A stretch of DNA of 64,000 bases, taken from the IMG/VR virus record IMGVR_UViG_3300014968_000012, positions 23,250 through 87,249 of that record; one strand, 5' to 3'. The first letter of the stretch is position 1. Every line of letters begins with the position of its first letter. Shown one piece after another: positions 62,733 through 64,000 of this stretch. A program made the translations under genes and the position numbers. The notes beneath the pieces are model-generated. The model was given only the letters and a program-made list of their open reading frames with translations, ran no database searches and was not told the origin of the DNA. This stretch comes from a virus. Its lineage: Duplodnaviria > Caudoviricetes.

Positions 62733-62756
62733 CTACCCCCCTTGGAAGGGGGGTAG
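62733..62756. repeat. Isolated palindrome matching the rep-internal iterons
   Basis: CTACCCCCCTT-GG-AAGGGGGGTAG; shares CCCCCTTGGAAGGGGGG with 43010-43026. Confidence 0.7.
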
Positions 62757-62903
62757 CGGATCGGCTTACCTTTCGTCAGCGGCTTACCACTCCCCCGCGA
62801 CCACTCCCCCGGTGTGACGGCCCGTCAGTTGATCACTCCGCATAATGCACATTATGCGGATGATCGTTTCAGCAAAACCGAGGTCAGGGGGAGTGTCCGG
62901 GGT

Positions 62904-63797
62904 TCAGGCCCCGTCCGGTCCCTCACCGCCGGGCGTGTCGCCGGCGCCGGGCGCCTCGTCGTCCCCATCCGGCGCCTCGTCGTCGCCGGCGGCCGCCGCG
63001 CCCAAGCGCTGATTGATCGTGGTCCGGGCGATCCCGGACGCCCGGTGGATGGCCGCTTTCGTGACGCCGGCCTCGTGGGCGAACATCACCAGCGCGTCAC
63101 CCTGAGCCGTGGCCATCCGCCACGCCTCCAGCAACATCCGGCCGACGTACGGCGCGACGTACTCCCGGTCGCGCTCGTCCAGGGGCGCGCTGCCCCCGGG
63201 GTCCGGGAAGAACCAGCCCCGAGGGATCGGGTGCTGGGCGACCGGCCAGGGCGCGGCGCCGAGCGCCGGCAGAAGCACCCGCCCCCGGGCCCAGTCCAAG
63301 CGGCGCTCCACCGCCGCGGCGAGGCGCTGGTGATCGACGCCCGCCGGGCCGCCGGCGGCGGCCTCTATCTGTTCGGCCGTGGCCCACCGCAGGATGTCCC
63401 GCTGATACGCCTCCAGCAACTCGTCCAGCGACGCCCAGCCCTGGTCCACCTCCACGAGCTCGCGCGCGGCCCGGCGCACGCGCTCAATCTCGGCGCTCCA
63501 GCCGTCAGCGCCCCGCGTGTCCCCCGACCCCCGCAGCGCGCGCAGGACGGGAATCCACGGTTCCACCGCGTCCAGTTGCGCCCGGGCGATGTCGTCCCAC
63601 TCACCGCGCTTGCACTCCACGTCCAGGCGCGCGAGCATCCGGCCGCCGGCGTCCACGAGCCGCAGCACGAAGCCCGGCGCCTTCCACACCCCGTTGTCCA
63701 TGTTGTGACTGCGATACTGAATCTCGCCCCACCTGGCCGCGGCCTGGACCTCCCCGGCCCGGCCCGGCTCGGCACGTTCCACGATCCTGATCGCCAT
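62904..63797 (-). CDS. Protein with a C-terminal HTH (putative regulator)
   Basis: AHEAGVTKAAIHRASGIARTTINQRL; RBS GAGGGG. Confidence 0.7.
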   Translation of the reverse strand: MAIRIVERAEPGRAGEVQAAARWGEIQYRSHNMDNGVWKAPGFVLRLVDAGGRMLARLDVECKRGEWDDIARAQLDAVEPWIPVLRALRGSGDTRGADGWSAEIERVRRAARELVEVDQGWASLDELLEAYQRDILRWATAEQIEAAAGGPAGVDHQRLAAAVERRLDWARGRVLLPALGAAPWPVAQHPIPRGWFFPDPGGSAPLDERDREYVAPYVGRMLLEAWRMATAQGDALVMFAHEAGVTKAAIHRASGIARTTINQRLGAAAAGDDEAPDGDDEAPGAGDTPGGEGPDGA

Positions 63798-63818
63798 GTG
63801 CACCCCTCATGTCTCGGC

Positions 63819-63855
63819 GTAGCGTGCGCTACGGGAGCAACGTAGCGCACGCTAC
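63819..63855. promoter_or_regulatory. Perfect 15-bp inverted repeat (double operator) upstream of the HTH gene
   Basis: GTAGCGTGCGCTACG-ggagcaa-CGTAGCGCACGCTAC; each arm is itself nearly palindromic. Confidence 0.7.
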
Positions 63856-64000
63856 TGACATGATGAGCGGCGTTCGGCAAAGTAGGACGTCAGGGCCCTA
63901 CGACGCGCCCCCCGGCGGGAGCTCGCGCCGCCGACCCCGCCCGACGTCCCGGCCGCGGCCGGCGTCCCTCTCGACACGCTCCACCGTCACCGTCACCGCC

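Noticed and set aside
547-63845. Many long antisense or alternate-frame ORFs in the track (e.g. 547-1725, 1801-3321, 16597-18222, 19590-21419, 31245-33164, 39209-41203, 45734-47776, 54678-55685)
   Set aside because: These are shadow ORFs expected in very GC-rich DNA: Arg/Gly/Pro-rich, without RBS, and overlapping better-supported genes
1-64000. tRNA genes, integrase, terminase, endolysin, DNA polymerase, reverse transcriptase
   Set aside because: No cloverleaf/T-loop signature or diagnostic catalytic motifs were recognised by eye; these may lie outside the window or be too divergent

Overview
The whole window looks like one very GC-rich actinobacterial siphovirus, either a phage, a prophage or a phage-plasmid; no host housekeeping genes are recognisable. 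Region 1-26 kb (+) is a morphogenesis operon with the architecture of mycobacteriophage cluster-B-like phages. It runs from the portal C-terminus through a MuF/protease fusion, two capsid proteins, a tail tube with FN3 domains, adaptor, terminator, chaperones, tape measure and minor tails, and it is interrupted by a Mom-like GNAT gene and an antisense XRE regulator. Region 26-57 kb holds two divergent early arms of short hypothetical genes, a Bet-like recombinase, a replication initiator with internal iterons and an orphan Phd-like gene. Region 57-64 kb holds a beta-helix depolymerase-like gene and further small genes. The most notable signals are five. (1) Fourteen copies of a TTGACA-N18-TAACGT/TATCGT promoter, most with a conserved leader, and five with the -35 box at the apex of a long hairpin. 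(2) Nine dispersed GTGACAGG-N5-CCTGTCAC palindromes. (3) A ~0.9 kb ORF-poor, extensively base-paired region at 54.7-55.6 kb, a candidate large ncRNA, plus a second structured region upstream of rep. (4) Stand-alone displaced paralogs of the prohead protease domain, the tail chaperone and both halves of the Rep protein. (5) A distal copy of the origin iteron. No terminase, endolysin, integrase, ParA, tRNA or CRISPR array was recognised. All family assignments come from motif recognition by eye, not from database searches.
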